Shown here: one piece after another, positions 7,785-17,361 of the stretch
Numbering within the stretch: position 1 is the first letter of the stretch
How the letters are laid out: each line of letters begins with the position of its first letter
Source of the DNA: Cellvibrionales bacterium
GTDB lineage: Bacteria > Pseudomonadota > Gammaproteobacteria > Pseudomonadales > JAHEIH01
DNA: 64,000 bases
Assembly (NCBI GenBank): GCA_024639455.1
Contig: JAHEIH010000003.1
Location: 85,276 to 149,275 of the forward strand
Direction: 5' to 3'
Notes under the pieces: model-generated
What the model was told of the DNA's origin: nothing
Databases searched by the model: none
What the model saw: only the letters and a program-made list of their open reading frames with translations
Translations under genes and position numbers: made by a program

Positions 7785-9411
7785 CTTTGTCGAGCCACTG
7801 GCTAATGAGCATCACAGCGCCGTATTGCAGGCCGTTATCGGTTTCGCGTACCGCCATGATTTGGTTATCGCCCAACAATTTTGAGCCTTTCACAAAGTGC
7901 AGTTCAGGGTCGCGATCCACGCCGCTAATATCGATACCCATTTTGCCGCTCAACCAGTGCATCATTTCAAGGTGGCTGACCCATTGCTGTTGAACGATCT
8001 CGTCGAGGGCGCCCTCGGGCGCGTGTTTGGCCATCACCATCACTGGAACGTTGACCACCTCAGGGGTGAGTTGGTTGTGTCCCCAGCGCTGATCCTCACC
8101 GAGGAATTGACCGTGATCGCCCGTGAACACAAGGTAGCCTTCACCGGGTAGCGCTTCAAAGGTTTGGATGATGGATTCAATAGCTTGGTCTAACAACACC
8201 AGAGCGTTGTCGTAGGCGTTATTCTCGCGCTGTTCATGGTCGAGATCGCGACCGTCGGGCCACGGTGGGTTATCCATCAAGCCGCTGTAGTTACTGGCAT
8301 ATGGACTGTGAACCGTGCGCAAGTTGATGACGGCGAAACTTGGCGGTTGCCAGTTTTGATGTTCCACAATGTCAATCATGCCGAGGTCGCCCTTTTGGGC
8401 GAACAAAAGTGGCGCATCTTCATTAGTGGTGATGGCGTCGATGTAGTTGGTGCCCAAGAAGCTGAGTAATTTAGACTCTTGGCTCGATAACCACAGCGTT
8501 TGATACCCCTGGGCTTTGGCGTGACGATAGATATTTGCGTGGTGATTGGAAAGCATTTTTTGGCGGGCTGGATGATCCACCTGGTTGATCATGTGTGACA
8601 ACGTCACAATGGTCGATACACCAGCGGCAATACCCGGTTTGGCGAGCATTTGGCCGCTATCAACGCGGCCTCTTAAATGTGGCGTGGTGTCGCGCGAGTA
8701 GCCAAAGGTGCTCATGCGATCGGCGCGCAGTGAATCGGCAATCACCAGCCACACGTGGGTCGTTTGGCTATTCCGGTAGGTAATGGTCTCTAGCGGAACG
8801 CGGCCGGCATCGAGCACTCGGTCAGTATCACTAATATGCATGGCGAAGTAGGACCACGCATTGAGACTGTTATGAAGTGATGATCGCGTTGGCCCTGGCA
8901 TGAAAAATGCCATCGAGCGGTAGCTGGCACGGTAGGGCTTTGACGCCAAAATAGCGATAATGAGCACCAGACAGACCATTCGCCAGCGATGGTTAATGTC
9001 AAATCCCCGTCGGTTGTGAAGGTAATACAGTGCTACGAAAGGAATGAAGGTGAATAGCGGCACGCGCCAGTTGGTTGCCAGGCTGGCACTGCCTGTTTGC
9101 CAGACTTCGCCCAAGTCATTGAACAAGTTGGCCAAATCAGCGGGGTTAAGGGGTTGGCCAAAGTAAGCGATGTTGCCAATTTGCACAAAGCTAAACACCA
9201 TGAACATGGTGATTACGGTATTGCTTACCCAACGTGAATTAATGGTCCATAGGCAAAGGTTGAAGATCACCATCACCAACACAAAATTCCATTCTAATTC
9301 GGCTTGGTTGGCGGCCTTACTAAACCCTTGTTGCAGGAAGTCATCGCTGCTCATCAGCAACGTAGAGACAACAGCGAGCGGCAGCAACCATTTGTTGGAT
9401 ACTATAAGCAT
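7774..9411 (-). CDS. membrane-anchored sulfatase-family (phosphoethanolamine-transferase/LTA-synthase-like) protein
   Basis: Several N-terminal TM helices followed by the sulfatase-type metal site VWLVIADSLRADRMSTFGY. ATG 9411 preferred (GGGGA 4 nt upstream) over GTG 9447. Confidence 0.7.
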   Translation of the reverse strand: MLIVSNKWLLPLAVVSTLLMSSDDFLQQGFSKAANQAELEWNFVLVMVIFNLCLWTINSRWVSNTVITMFMVFSFVQIGNIAYFGQPLNPADLANLFNDLGEVWQTGSASLATNWRVPLFTFIPFVALYYLHNRRGFDINHRWRMVCLVLIIAILASKPYRASYRSMAFFMPGPTRSSLHNSLNAWSYFAMHISDTDRVLDAGRVPLETITYRNSQTTHVWLVIADSLRADRMSTFGYSRDTTPHLRGRVDSGQMLAKPGIAAGVSTIVTLSHMINQVDHPARQKMLSNHHANIYRHAKAQGYQTLWLSSQESKLLSFLGTNYIDAITTNEDAPLLFAQKGDLGMIDIVEHQNWQPPSFAVINLRTVHSPYASNYSGLMDNPPWPDGRDLDHEQRENNAYDNALVLLDQAIESIIQTFEALPGEGYLVFTGDHGQFLGEDQRWGHNQLTPEVVNVPVMVMAKHAPEGALDEIVQQQWVSHLEMMHWLSGKMGIDISGVDRDPELHFVKGSKLLGDNQIMAVRETDNGLQYGAVMLISQWLDKGED

Positions 9412-9479
9412 GAAATCCCCCAAGACAATTGAGCCGCAGTGTAACACAGCGAATCAAAAGTAGGGGCTACAGGGACGGG

Positions 9480-11231
9480 TTAAGAAACGGCGCGATCGTT
9501 GCCTTTTTCGCCATACAATACGTGACGATTGCGGCCATTGTTAATGGCAAGTAACAGCGCCTCGTTGGCGCGATTAAGCATCATTTGTGCGGTTTCAAAC
9601 TGTAAGTCATCGGCACTGTAAATACCAATAGACAGACTACATGACTCGCTGTCAATATTGCTCGAGAGTGCATTTATCGTGCTTTTGCGCATGATTTCAG
9701 CGCACTGATTTGCATTGTGACTGTCTGTTTCTGAAAGGATAACAATGAACTTTTGTCCGCCAAATCGAAATAGATAATCGGTGATTTTGATACATTGGCG
9801 CAGGCTTTCCGCGGTTCGCTGAATTAGGTCATCGCCTGCTTCTTGACCTAACTTGGCGGCAATGCTTTCAAAATGATCGATGTCTATCATCAATAATGAC
9901 AGTGGATGACGTTTGAGTTTGGCTAGTTCGATTTCGCGTGGCATTTGAATGTCGAAATATAAGCGGTTGTAGGCGCCGGTGAGCGGATCAAAATTGGTGT
10001 TTTGAGCACGCCGTACTTTGGATTCGCTAAATTCTGTAATATCGGTAATGGAGACAACCCAGATCATATCGTCATCTCTTGCAAACCGATTGGCTTTAAT
10101 TTGAAGGCTTTCAACATTGTCTAGGGCGTTAGCCTCGCATTCGATTTCCCATTGCTTAGGTCCATGCTGATTGAAACGACCCGTCAATTCGGGAATGAAC
10201 AGCGCAATGGATTTGCCTTTAATGACACTTTCAGTTTGATCGATGAGACGTTGAAAAGGGCTGTTAAAGGTTTGTATTTGACCGTTTTCGTTAGTGGTGA
10301 CAATTGGGCTCATAGCGTGGGCCAAGATGGCTTCAATGTCTCTGCCCTGCAAGGCTATGGCATCGACTTGATGGCGTACACGGCTTATTAAACTAGCGCT
10401 GTAGGCTATCACGATGGTTAGCGTGGCCACCAAGAACACCAAGCTGGTGAGAAAAAGATAGTCATCGGCAGGCATTGGAATGGTAAATTCGGCCGCTCCG
10501 CTGAAGCGACTGGCGGACATTCCAACATAGTGCATGCAGCTAATCGCAAGTCCCAGACCGACACCGCCAACACCAATATATTTCTCTTCACTCAAGGCGG
10601 CGTGATTGTGCATGCGTTGCAACATGAGAAGCGTGAGTGCCGACACCAAAACCGCGATAATAATTGACGCGATAAACATTGTGGGCTCGTAGGATCGAGT
10701 GGCATGCATCACCATGGCTTCCATGCCAATGTAGTGCATCAGACCAATACCGCTGCCCAAAACTAATGCGTGGGTAAGTAACTTAAAGGCGTCTTGGTTA
10801 GGATTGGCTAGCCATTTTTCAGCCCAAAAGCCTGCGACCACGGCGGGTAAAATAGATAGCAGAGTGATGGGGATATTGTAGGTGACTTGGGTGGTGACAG
10901 AAAATGCCAGCATGCCAACAAAGTGCATGCTCCATACCCCGCCAGCCAGTGCAATCGCGCCGGAAAAACGGATGTAACTTTTACTGGCCTTATTGGTGAT
11001 ATCTTTAAGTAATAGCGACTGCCATACCGCCAGACAACTTCCAGCGATGGCGAGTATTAATGATAAGCCAACCAGCGGCCATGAGTAGCTATACACCAAC
11101 TGATGCTGCAGAGAAAGGGTAAAGAAGTCGTTCACGTCATGCCCCGAGTTTGCTTTGCAATAAATATAGCCCAGCTTGGCAAAATCTCTAGTTATCACGG
11201 CCTGTAAGAGGTTATTTTGGGTCAGTCGCAT
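9480..11231 (-). CDS. MHYT-domain membrane sensor with PAS and degenerate GGDEF domain
   Basis: Three MHYT motifs (MHFVGMLAF, MHYIGMEAM, MHYVGMSAS) in TM helices. C-terminal GGDEF-fold domain whose signature reads RFGGQKF. Confidence 0.8.
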   Translation of the reverse strand: MRLTQNNLLQAVITRDFAKLGYIYCKANSGHDVNDFFTLSLQHQLVYSYSWPLVGLSLILAIAGSCLAVWQSLLLKDITNKASKSYIRFSGAIALAGGVWSMHFVGMLAFSVTTQVTYNIPITLLSILPAVVAGFWAEKWLANPNQDAFKLLTHALVLGSGIGLMHYIGMEAMVMHATRSYEPTMFIASIIIAVLVSALTLLMLQRMHNHAALSEEKYIGVGGVGLGLAISCMHYVGMSASRFSGAAEFTIPMPADDYLFLTSLVFLVATLTIVIAYSASLISRVRHQVDAIALQGRDIEAILAHAMSPIVTTNENGQIQTFNSPFQRLIDQTESVIKGKSIALFIPELTGRFNQHGPKQWEIECEANALDNVESLQIKANRFARDDDMIWVVSITDITEFSESKVRRAQNTNFDPLTGAYNRLYFDIQMPREIELAKLKRHPLSLLMIDIDHFESIAAKLGQEAGDDLIQRTAESLRQCIKITDYLFRFGGQKFIVILSETDSHNANQCAEIMRKSTINALSSNIDSESCSLSIGIYSADDLQFETAQMMLNRANEALLLAINNGRNRHVLYGEKGNDRAVS

Positions 11232-11293
11232 TGGGCTGACTTTGTGGCTCTGTATTAGCGTGGCAGACTCGAATTAGAAGACGGAGGGGTTTC

Positions 11294-12733
11294 ATGCAGC
11301 ACAATGTCGTTATCATCGGGGCAGGATTTGCCGGAATATGTATGGCAATTAAACTGTTGCAAGCGGGGATGAATAATTTTGTTATATTAGAAAAAGCTAA
11401 TGACGTAGGCGGTACCTGGTTCGCTAATCGCTACCCAGGGGCGGCTTGTGATGTTCCATCATGTGCTTATTCGTTCTCGTTTGAGCCCAATCCCCATTGG
11501 TCGAGACATTTTGCCACCCAACCGGAAATAGAAGCATACATTCATCGCTGTGTTGAAAAATATCAGTTGTCGCAATACATTCGCTGCAACTGTGCTGTTG
11601 TTTCTGCAACGTGGTGTGACGGCAACTGGGAGATCACCACCGAAACGGGAGAGACGTTGACGTCGCAGTTTGTTGTGAGTGCTGTGGGTCAGTTAAATAT
11701 TCCTTCTGTGCCAGCGATTGCGGGTGCTGAAACGTTTTCGGGTAGCGCTTTTCACAGCGCACGTTGGGATGACTCGATTGATTTAACGGGTAAGCGGGTA
11801 GCTGTCATCGGAAGTGCCGCTAGTGCAGTACAGTTGGTTCCTGAAGTGGCTAAAATGGCCACTCACTTAAAGGTTTATCAGCGTACCCCTAACTATTTAG
11901 TGCCTCGTTTTGACCGTCCGTATTTGGATATTGAACGCTGGTTGTTTAAGCATTTTCCCGGTGTGTTGTCTTTCTATCGATGGGTAGTGTTTAACCAAGG
12001 CGAGCAACTGTTCTTCCCTGTTATTCGTCGGGCGCGCTGGGCCCAGTCACTAGTTGGAATGCTGGCGCGTTGGCAGCTGAACCGGCAAATCAGTGACCCC
12101 GCACTGCGTGAGAAATTGACGCCAAATTACGAAATAGGCTGTAAGCGCATGCTGTTGTGCGATGATTACTATCCCGCCTTAATGCGCGCAAATGTCAGTT
12201 TAGATACTCATCCTATTTTATCCCTAACCGCAGAGGGTGTCATGACGGAAGAGGGGCAGTACGACTGCGATGTCATTATTTATGCCACCGGCTTTTCAAC
12301 CTCCACCTTTTTACAAGGACTCGATATTGTTGGCCGCGATGGGAAGCACCTGCATGACAAATGGAAAGTCACAACACCTACCTATCGCACGGTATGTGTG
12401 GCAGGTTTTCCCAACTTTTTCACCCTTTATGGGCCCAATAGTAATCTAGGTAGTAATTCTATTATTGCAATGATTGAAGCCCAAGTGGGTTTTGTTGTGC
12501 AGTGTTTGCTTGGGGTGGAGGGAGGTGTACGCCAGCAACTTGAGGTGGAGGAAGACGTTGTACAGCGCTACCAACAGTGGTTGCAAGACAGTCTAGCGGG
12601 CACGGTATGGATGCAAGACTGTAAAAGTTGGTATAAAAATGCTGAGGGTGGGTCAAATAACAATTGGCCTTGGTCAGTGCGCGAATACCAGCGCCACATG
12701 TCTAATGTTCCGTGGCAGGACTTTGCTGATTAA
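11294..12733 (+). CDS. flavin-dependent Baeyer-Villiger-type monooxygenase
   Basis: GAGFAGI FAD fold. BVMO fingerprint FSGSAFHSARWD (FxGxxxHxxxWD). Second Rossmann motif GSAASAVQ. Confidence 0.8.
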   Translation: MQHNVVIIGAGFAGICMAIKLLQAGMNNFVILEKANDVGGTWFANRYPGAACDVPSCAYSFSFEPNPHWSRHFATQPEIEAYIHRCVEKYQLSQYIRCNCAVVSATWCDGNWEITTETGETLTSQFVVSAVGQLNIPSVPAIAGAETFSGSAFHSARWDDSIDLTGKRVAVIGSAASAVQLVPEVAKMATHLKVYQRTPNYLVPRFDRPYLDIERWLFKHFPGVLSFYRWVVFNQGEQLFFPVIRRARWAQSLVGMLARWQLNRQISDPALREKLTPNYEIGCKRMLLCDDYYPALMRANVSLDTHPILSLTAEGVMTEEGQYDCDVIIYATGFSTSTFLQGLDIVGRDGKHLHDKWKVTTPTYRTVCVAGFPNFFTLYGPNSNLGSNSIIAMIEAQVGFVVQCLLGVEGGVRQQLEVEEDVVQRYQQWLQDSLAGTVWMQDCKSWYKNAEGGSNNNWPWSVREYQRHMSNVPWQDFAD

Positions 12734-13025
12734 TAGGCTGTCTGGACGCAACAAAGACATACAGGCATGCCAGTTGTGCCAATGCCAGCGTCCACTGACA
12801 TTTCACCATTTAATTCCCCGCAAAATGCACCGTCGCAAGCATTTTCGCCAGCATTATGAGCGTGAACAGCTGAATAAAGGTGTGATGATCTGCCGCTATT
12901 GCCACAGTGCGATCCATCGTCTGTATGATGAGATGACCCTCGCTAAGCACTTCGCGTCGCTTGAAGACCTGCTCGCTGACGCAGCCATTCAAAGGCATAT
13001 TGGTTGGGTAGTTAAAAAGCGTTAG
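12705..13025 (+). CDS. small HNH-endonuclease-family zinc-finger protein
   Basis: CQLC...FHHLIPRK...CRYCHSAIH (CxxC/HH/CxxC HNH core). The start is uncertain. ATG 12705 overlaps the upstream gene by 29 nt and lacks an RBS. CTG 12738 is an alternative. Confidence 0.55.
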   Translation: MFRGRTLLINRLSGRNKDIQACQLCQCQRPLTFHHLIPRKMHRRKHFRQHYEREQLNKGVMICRYCHSAIHRLYDEMTLAKHFASLEDLLADAAIQRHIGWVVKKR

Positions 13026-13098
13026 GGCTGACCCCAAGCTCACCGGCTTCGTGTATAATGCCCCGCTTGTTCGAATAGGGACTCCACAGGAAAACACC

Positions 13099-14682
13099 AT
13101 GGCCAACGCCGAATTTATCGCCGCTGTTACCAAGCGTCGTACCTTCGCTATCATCTCTCACCCAGACGCCGGTAAGACTACCATGACCGAAAAGCTATTG
13201 CTGTTCGGAAACTTGATCCAGCTAGCCGGCTCGGTGAAGGGCAAAAAAGGCCCGCACGCGACCTCGGACTGGATGACCATGGAGCAGGAGCGGGGTATTT
13301 CGGTAACCTCCTCTGTGATGCAGTTCCCCTATAAAGAGCGCATGGTAAACCTACTTGATACACCCGGGCACGAGGACTTCTCTGAAGATACCTACCGTAC
13401 TTTAACCGCGGTAGATTCTGCCTTGATGGTAATAGACGGCGCCAAAGGTGTCGAAGATCGCACCATTAAATTAATGAATGTTTGTCGCATGCGAGACACG
13501 CCCATCCTTAGCTTTGTTAACAAAATGGACCGCGATATTCGCGACCCCATCGAATTGCTGGACGAAATTGAAGATGTGCTGAAAATTGCCGGTGCACCTA
13601 TTAACTGGCCGATTGGCATGGGCAAGGAATTCAAAGGGGTATACAACCTCTACACCAACACCATTCATGTCTATAAGACCGGTCAAGGGCACACCATTCC
13701 TGAAGATACTCAAATTCACGGGCTAGAAAGTGACGAAGCCAAGGCATTACTTGGTGTCTACTACGAAGACTTTCTTGATGAAATTGAGTTAGTGCGCGGC
13801 GCAAGCCACGAGTTCGACGTCGAGGAATTTCTAGCAGGGCGCTTGACCCCGGTATATTTCGGTACCGCATTGGGTAACTTTGGTGTTCGCGAATTACTCG
13901 ATGGGTTCGTTGAGATGGCTCCATCTCCTATTGGTCGTGCAACCGAAAGCCGCGAAGTCAATCCACAAGAGGAAGCCTTCTCGGGGTTTGTATTTAAAAT
14001 ACAGGCCAACATGGATCCCAAGCACCGTGACCGTATTGCTTTTATGCGCGTTTGCTCTGGCCGCTATGACAAGGGCATGAAAATGAAGCACGTTCGCACC
14101 GGTAAAGATGTGCGCATTGCGGACGCGGTGACCTTTAAAGCTGGCGAGCGCATTTTGGTGGAAGAGGCGTATTCTGGCGATATCATTGGCTTGCATAACC
14201 ACGGCACGATTCAAATTGGCGATACCTTTACCGTAGGAGAGGACCTGAAATATACCGGCATTCCCAACTTTGCGCCTGAGCTATTTCGTCGAATAAGGTT
14301 GAAAGATCCCTTAAAAATGAAGTCTTTACAGAAGGGTCTTCAGCAGCTTTCTGAAGAAGGATCTACCCAGGTATTCTTCCCTCTCAACAACAACGACATC
14401 GTTGTTGGCGCGGTGGGCGTACTGCAGTTTGAGGTGGTTGCTTATCGATTGAAGGATGAATACAAAGTCGAGGCTGTGTATGAGAATGTCAACGTGTATA
14501 CCGCCCGTTGGGTGGCGTGTGAAGACGCCAAGAAATTTGAAGAGTTTAAGCGTAAGGCTGCAGATAACCTTGCCATTGATGGCAGTGGCCATTTGACGTA
14601 TCTGGCGCCTACGCGAGTAAATTTATCGCTAGCGGAAGAGCGCTATCCCGATGTGCGATTCTTCTCAACCCGTGAACACTAA
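13099..14682 (+). CDS. prfC: peptide chain release factor 3
   Basis: [28 protein letters not shown] (G1 motif) and DTPGHEDF (G3). Start set at ATG 13099, the internal Met matching the family N-terminus. Confidence 0.95.
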   Translation: MANAEFIAAVTKRRTFAIISHPDAGKTTMTEKLLLFGNLIQLAGSVKGKKGPHATSDWMTMEQERGISVTSSVMQFPYKERMVNLLDTPGHEDFSEDTYRTLTAVDSALMVIDGAKGVEDRTIKLMNVCRMRDTPILSFVNKMDRDIRDPIELLDEIEDVLKIAGAPINWPIGMGKEFKGVYNLYTNTIHVYKTGQGHTIPEDTQIHGLESDEAKALLGVYYEDFLDEIELVRGASHEFDVEEFLAGRLTPVYFGTALGNFGVRELLDGFVEMAPSPIGRATESREVNPQEEAFSGFVFKIQANMDPKHRDRIAFMRVCSGRYDKGMKMKHVRTGKDVRIADAVTFKAGERILVEEAYSGDIIGLHNHGTIQIGDTFTVGEDLKYTGIPNFAPELFRRIRLKDPLKMKSLQKGLQQLSEEGSTQVFFPLNNNDIVVGAVGVLQFEVVAYRLKDEYKVEAVYENVNVYTARWVACEDAKKFEEFKRKAADNLAIDGSGHLTYLAPTRVNLSLAEERYPDVRFFSTREH

Positions 14683-14705
14683 AAAGGCGCCTCAGGCGCC
14701 TTTTT
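14683..14705. terminator. bidirectional rho-independent terminator between prfC and gpx
   Basis: AAAAA-GGCGCC-tca-GGCGCC-TTTTT. The loop tca is the gpx stop codon on the minus strand. Confidence 0.75.
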
Positions 14706-15183
14706 CAATTAAGTCGAGGATGTCTTCATCGATGTCCTCGGGTTTTGTCATTGGTGCATAACGCTGCACCACGTTGCCGTGTTGGTCTACCAAAAACTTG
14801 GTGAAATTCCACTTAATACTTTCTGAGCCAAACACGCCAGGTGCGGCATGTTTCAGGTGTTCAAATAAGGGGTGGGCGAGGGTGCCGCTGACATCAATTT
14901 TAGCGAACATGGGAAAACTGACGCCGTAGTTAGCCTGGCAAAAGCCGGCAATAGCATCGTTGCTTCCGGGGTCCTGACTACCAAATTGATTACACGGGAA
15001 GCCAAGTACTTCAAATTGTTGATCGCCGTATTTTTTGTACAACTTTTCAAGGCCATCAAACTGTGGCGTAAAACCGCATTTGCTAGCTGTGTTAACGATC
15101 AATAAAACTTTACCATCAAAATCGGCCAACGATACCTCGCTGCCGTCAATGCGTGTTGCTGTAAAATCGTAAACGCTTTTCAT
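14692..15183 (-). CDS. glutathione peroxidase (Cys-type)
   Basis: CGFTPQF active site, NQFG and KWNFTKFLV motifs. Confidence 0.9.
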   Translation of the reverse strand: MKSVYDFTATRIDGSEVSLADFDGKVLLIVNTASKCGFTPQFDGLEKLYKKYGDQQFEVLGFPCNQFGSQDPGSNDAIAGFCQANYGVSFPMFAKIDVSGTLAHPLFEHLKHAAPGVFGSESIKWNFTKFLVDQHGNVVQRYAPMTKPEDIDEDILDLIEKGA

Positions 15184-15192
15184 GCTTACCTC

Positions 15193-16545
15193 TTAAGACA
15201 AACTTTGCCAGTACACCAAGCCTAACAAGACTGGGCAAACGAAACGGATGTAATTGGGCCAAACGCGCCAAAACAGGCTGTTGGCTACCTCGGGGTTGCC
15301 CTGAGCGAGTTCTTCCAGAACGCTATTACGGTGCCAAATCCAGCCGGCGTAGAGGCAAAATAAAATGCCGATCAGTGGCTGGCTTATTTGGGTGGTGAAA
15401 GCAATCACCAGGCCAAACAGGCTTTCAAAATTAAACAGGATCACAATCACCATCGCCGCTACAATCAACGCCAATAGGTAGGACGCGCGGTGGCGACTGG
15501 CGTGGAAATTACTGTTTTCAGATACATAGGCAACCGGCACTTCTAACATGGAAATGGATGAGGTGAGGGCGGCAATACTCAGCAGCGCGAAGAAGAACAG
15601 CGACAGTGGTATTTCAGCTGATCCAAGGCTGGCAAATAATTGCGGCAGCACGCTGAATACTAGCGTATCGCCGGACAACAATGCGCCGTCGGCGGCGTAG
15701 ATGCTGACACCATTGTGTTGAGCCACGTACATGGCAGGAATGATCAGTAAGCCTGCTAGCACTGCAATGGAGGTATCAAGCACGGCGACATAGGCCCCCA
15801 GTTTGATCATATTTTCTTTGCGGCTAACGTAGGAGCCGTAAATCATCATGGTACCAACACCGAGTGATAGGGAGAAAAAGGTTTGTCCCAGTGCGCTGAT
15901 CACCAAGTCGGGATCGAATACGCGGCTGAAGTCTGGGGTGAGGTATACACGTAAACCTTCCATTGCGCCGTCGAGGGTAAGTACATAGGCGATAAGGCCA
16001 ATAATAATGACGATCATCATCGGCATCAGGCGGCTTGACCAGGCCTCAATTCCATCCTTCACGCCGCGGTTGATGACCCATACGGTCAAAATCAGAAAGC
16101 TTAAGCCGGCCAACAGGTTGCGCTCTAAACTGAAGTTGGTCAGCCATGTCGCGGCATTGTCCAAGCCCATTAAGCGTGCCACCGGGTCAAGGAAAGATGT
16201 GAGCATCCAGCCCGCCACGATAGAATAAAAGCTGAGAATTAAACTCACTACCACCAAGGCATAAATCGAGATTACAATACTCGCTTTACGACTTGCCTCG
16301 CTATGGGAGATCTTGTTCAGGCTGCCCATGATATGTGTGCGCCCATGTCGTCCAATAAGCAGCTCTGCCATTAGCACGGGGTAGGCGAGTACAAAAGTAA
16401 GGAAAAGGTATACGAGGACGAAAGCGCCGCCCCCGTTTTCGGCGGTTTGGGTGGGGAATCCCCAAATATTACCGAGTCCCACCGCGCTGCCTGCGGCGGC
16501 CATCAAAAATCCAAAACGTGAGCTAAACTCGCTGCGTGTATCCAT
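15193..16545 (-). CDS. sodium-dependent transporter, SNF (neurotransmitter:sodium symporter) family
   Basis: GSAVGLGNIWGFP N-terminal signature and about 12 hydrophobic segments. 9 nt upstream of gpx. Confidence 0.85.
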   Translation of the reverse strand: MDTRSEFSSRFGFLMAAAGSAVGLGNIWGFPTQTAENGGGAFVLVYLFLTFVLAYPVLMAELLIGRHGRTHIMGSLNKISHSEASRKASIVISIYALVVVSLILSFYSIVAGWMLTSFLDPVARLMGLDNAATWLTNFSLERNLLAGLSFLILTVWVINRGVKDGIEAWSSRLMPMMIVIIIGLIAYVLTLDGAMEGLRVYLTPDFSRVFDPDLVISALGQTFFSLSLGVGTMMIYGSYVSRKENMIKLGAYVAVLDTSIAVLAGLLIIPAMYVAQHNGVSIYAADGALLSGDTLVFSVLPQLFASLGSAEIPLSLFFFALLSIAALTSSISMLEVPVAYVSENSNFHASRHRASYLLALIVAAMVIVILFNFESLFGLVIAFTTQISQPLIGILFCLYAGWIWHRNSVLEELAQGNPEVANSLFWRVWPNYIRFVCPVLLGLVYWQSLS

Positions 16546-16619
16546 GGTATCTTCTTATAGCGGGCAAAATATAAACTCTGCCCTGAAACCATTGGGAGTA
16601 CAAGATGCAATCCGTGTCA

Positions 16620-16982
16620 TTAGTGATTTAGCACGTCGTCTTTCACGCTCAAGGCAATGGTGGCGGCTTGTTGGATTTTGTCGCCCGGAACACCCAATTC
16701 TGTCAGTGTGGCACCCAAGTGGCCCATGATGGTGTCAAAATGCTCTTCCGACATGCCTTGTTCTACTTGCCGCCTGTGTGCAACACGCATGCTGCGCCCG
16801 TTGTACTCTGGGTGGCCACCAAAGGCGAAGGTCAGAAAGTGCTTTAGCATCGCTTTTTGCCGGTCCATAACCAGTCCATCAAAAAAATAGCTGACGCTGG
16901 GATCGTTCAAGACTTTGCCATAAAAAACCTCAACCGCGGCATCCACGGCAGGCTTGCCACCCAATTCGCTATATAGACTCAT
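16620..16982 (-). CDS. glbN: group 1 truncated haemoglobin
   Basis: 120 aa beginning MSLYSELGGKPAVDAAVEVFYGKVLNDPSVSYFF, typical of trHbN. Confidence 0.85.
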   Translation of the reverse strand: MSLYSELGGKPAVDAAVEVFYGKVLNDPSVSYFFDGLVMDRQKAMLKHFLTFAFGGHPEYNGRSMRVAHRRQVEQGMSEEHFDTIMGHLGATLTELGVPGDKIQQAATIALSVKDDVLNH

Positions 16983-17095
16983 TTTGCCACTCCTTGATTT
17001 AAATCAGTAGTTTCATCGGCAGTTTATCTAATTACTTGATGGCTTATTGTGGGCAACTACACTGTTATTAAGTAACCACTAATTGAGGAAAGGAT

Positions 17096-17359
17096 ATGAG
17101 CGAAGAGTTGAAAGCCAAATTGGCAGCGCTTTGCAGTGAATTGGATCGCGCCGACAACCCAGAATTGACTGAGCGGTTAAAGCCATTAATTACATCGATT
17201 GAACAACAGTTGTCTGCCGAAGGGGATGGCGCGACGTCTGACGAGGGCAGTGTGGTGACATTGGTAGATGAGCTGGTGGCAGAATTTGAAGTTGATCACC
17301 CTACACTTTCTAGGATTTTTGCCGATATCTCAATCAAATTAAGTAGCATGGGCATCTGA
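17096..17359 (+). CDS. DUF4404-family protein
   Basis: 87 aa, acidic and helical, with C-terminal FEVDHPTLSRIFADISIKLSSMGI resembling the DUF4404 signature as I remember it. Strong RBS GAGGAAAGGA. Confidence 0.6.
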   Translation: MSEELKAKLAALCSELDRADNPELTERLKPLITSIEQQLSAEGDGATSDEGSVVTLVDELVAEFEVDHPTLSRIFADISIKLSSMGI

Positions 17360-17361
17360 TT

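Noticed and set aside
3862-9447. The possibility that the sulfatase-like, VRR-NUC nuclease and nuclease-helicase trio is a phage-defence island.
   Set aside because: The nuclease matches bacterial FAN1 in length and signature, and I recall the FAN1/helicase pairing as conserved core-genome synteny in Pseudomonas. There is no compositional break, no mobile-element gene, and no ATPase, methylase or effector typical of defence systems. DNA repair is the simpler reading.
12639-12737. The N-terminal extension of the HNH ORF overlapping the monooxygenase gene by up to 95 nt. Similar ORF-track N-terminal extensions occur for prfC, selO, hemB, the fumarase gene, ribF, lspA, pgeF, fadB, bamD and the AEC transporter.
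   Set aside because: The extensions precede well-conserved family N-termini, overlap upstream genes or a terminator hairpin, and lack RBS support. Internal starts were used instead.
13054-13059. A perfect TATAAT hexamer 40 nt upstream of the prfC start.
   Set aside because: The best -35 candidate (CTGACC, 13028-13033) is 20 nt away. This is too weak to call a promoter from sequence alone.
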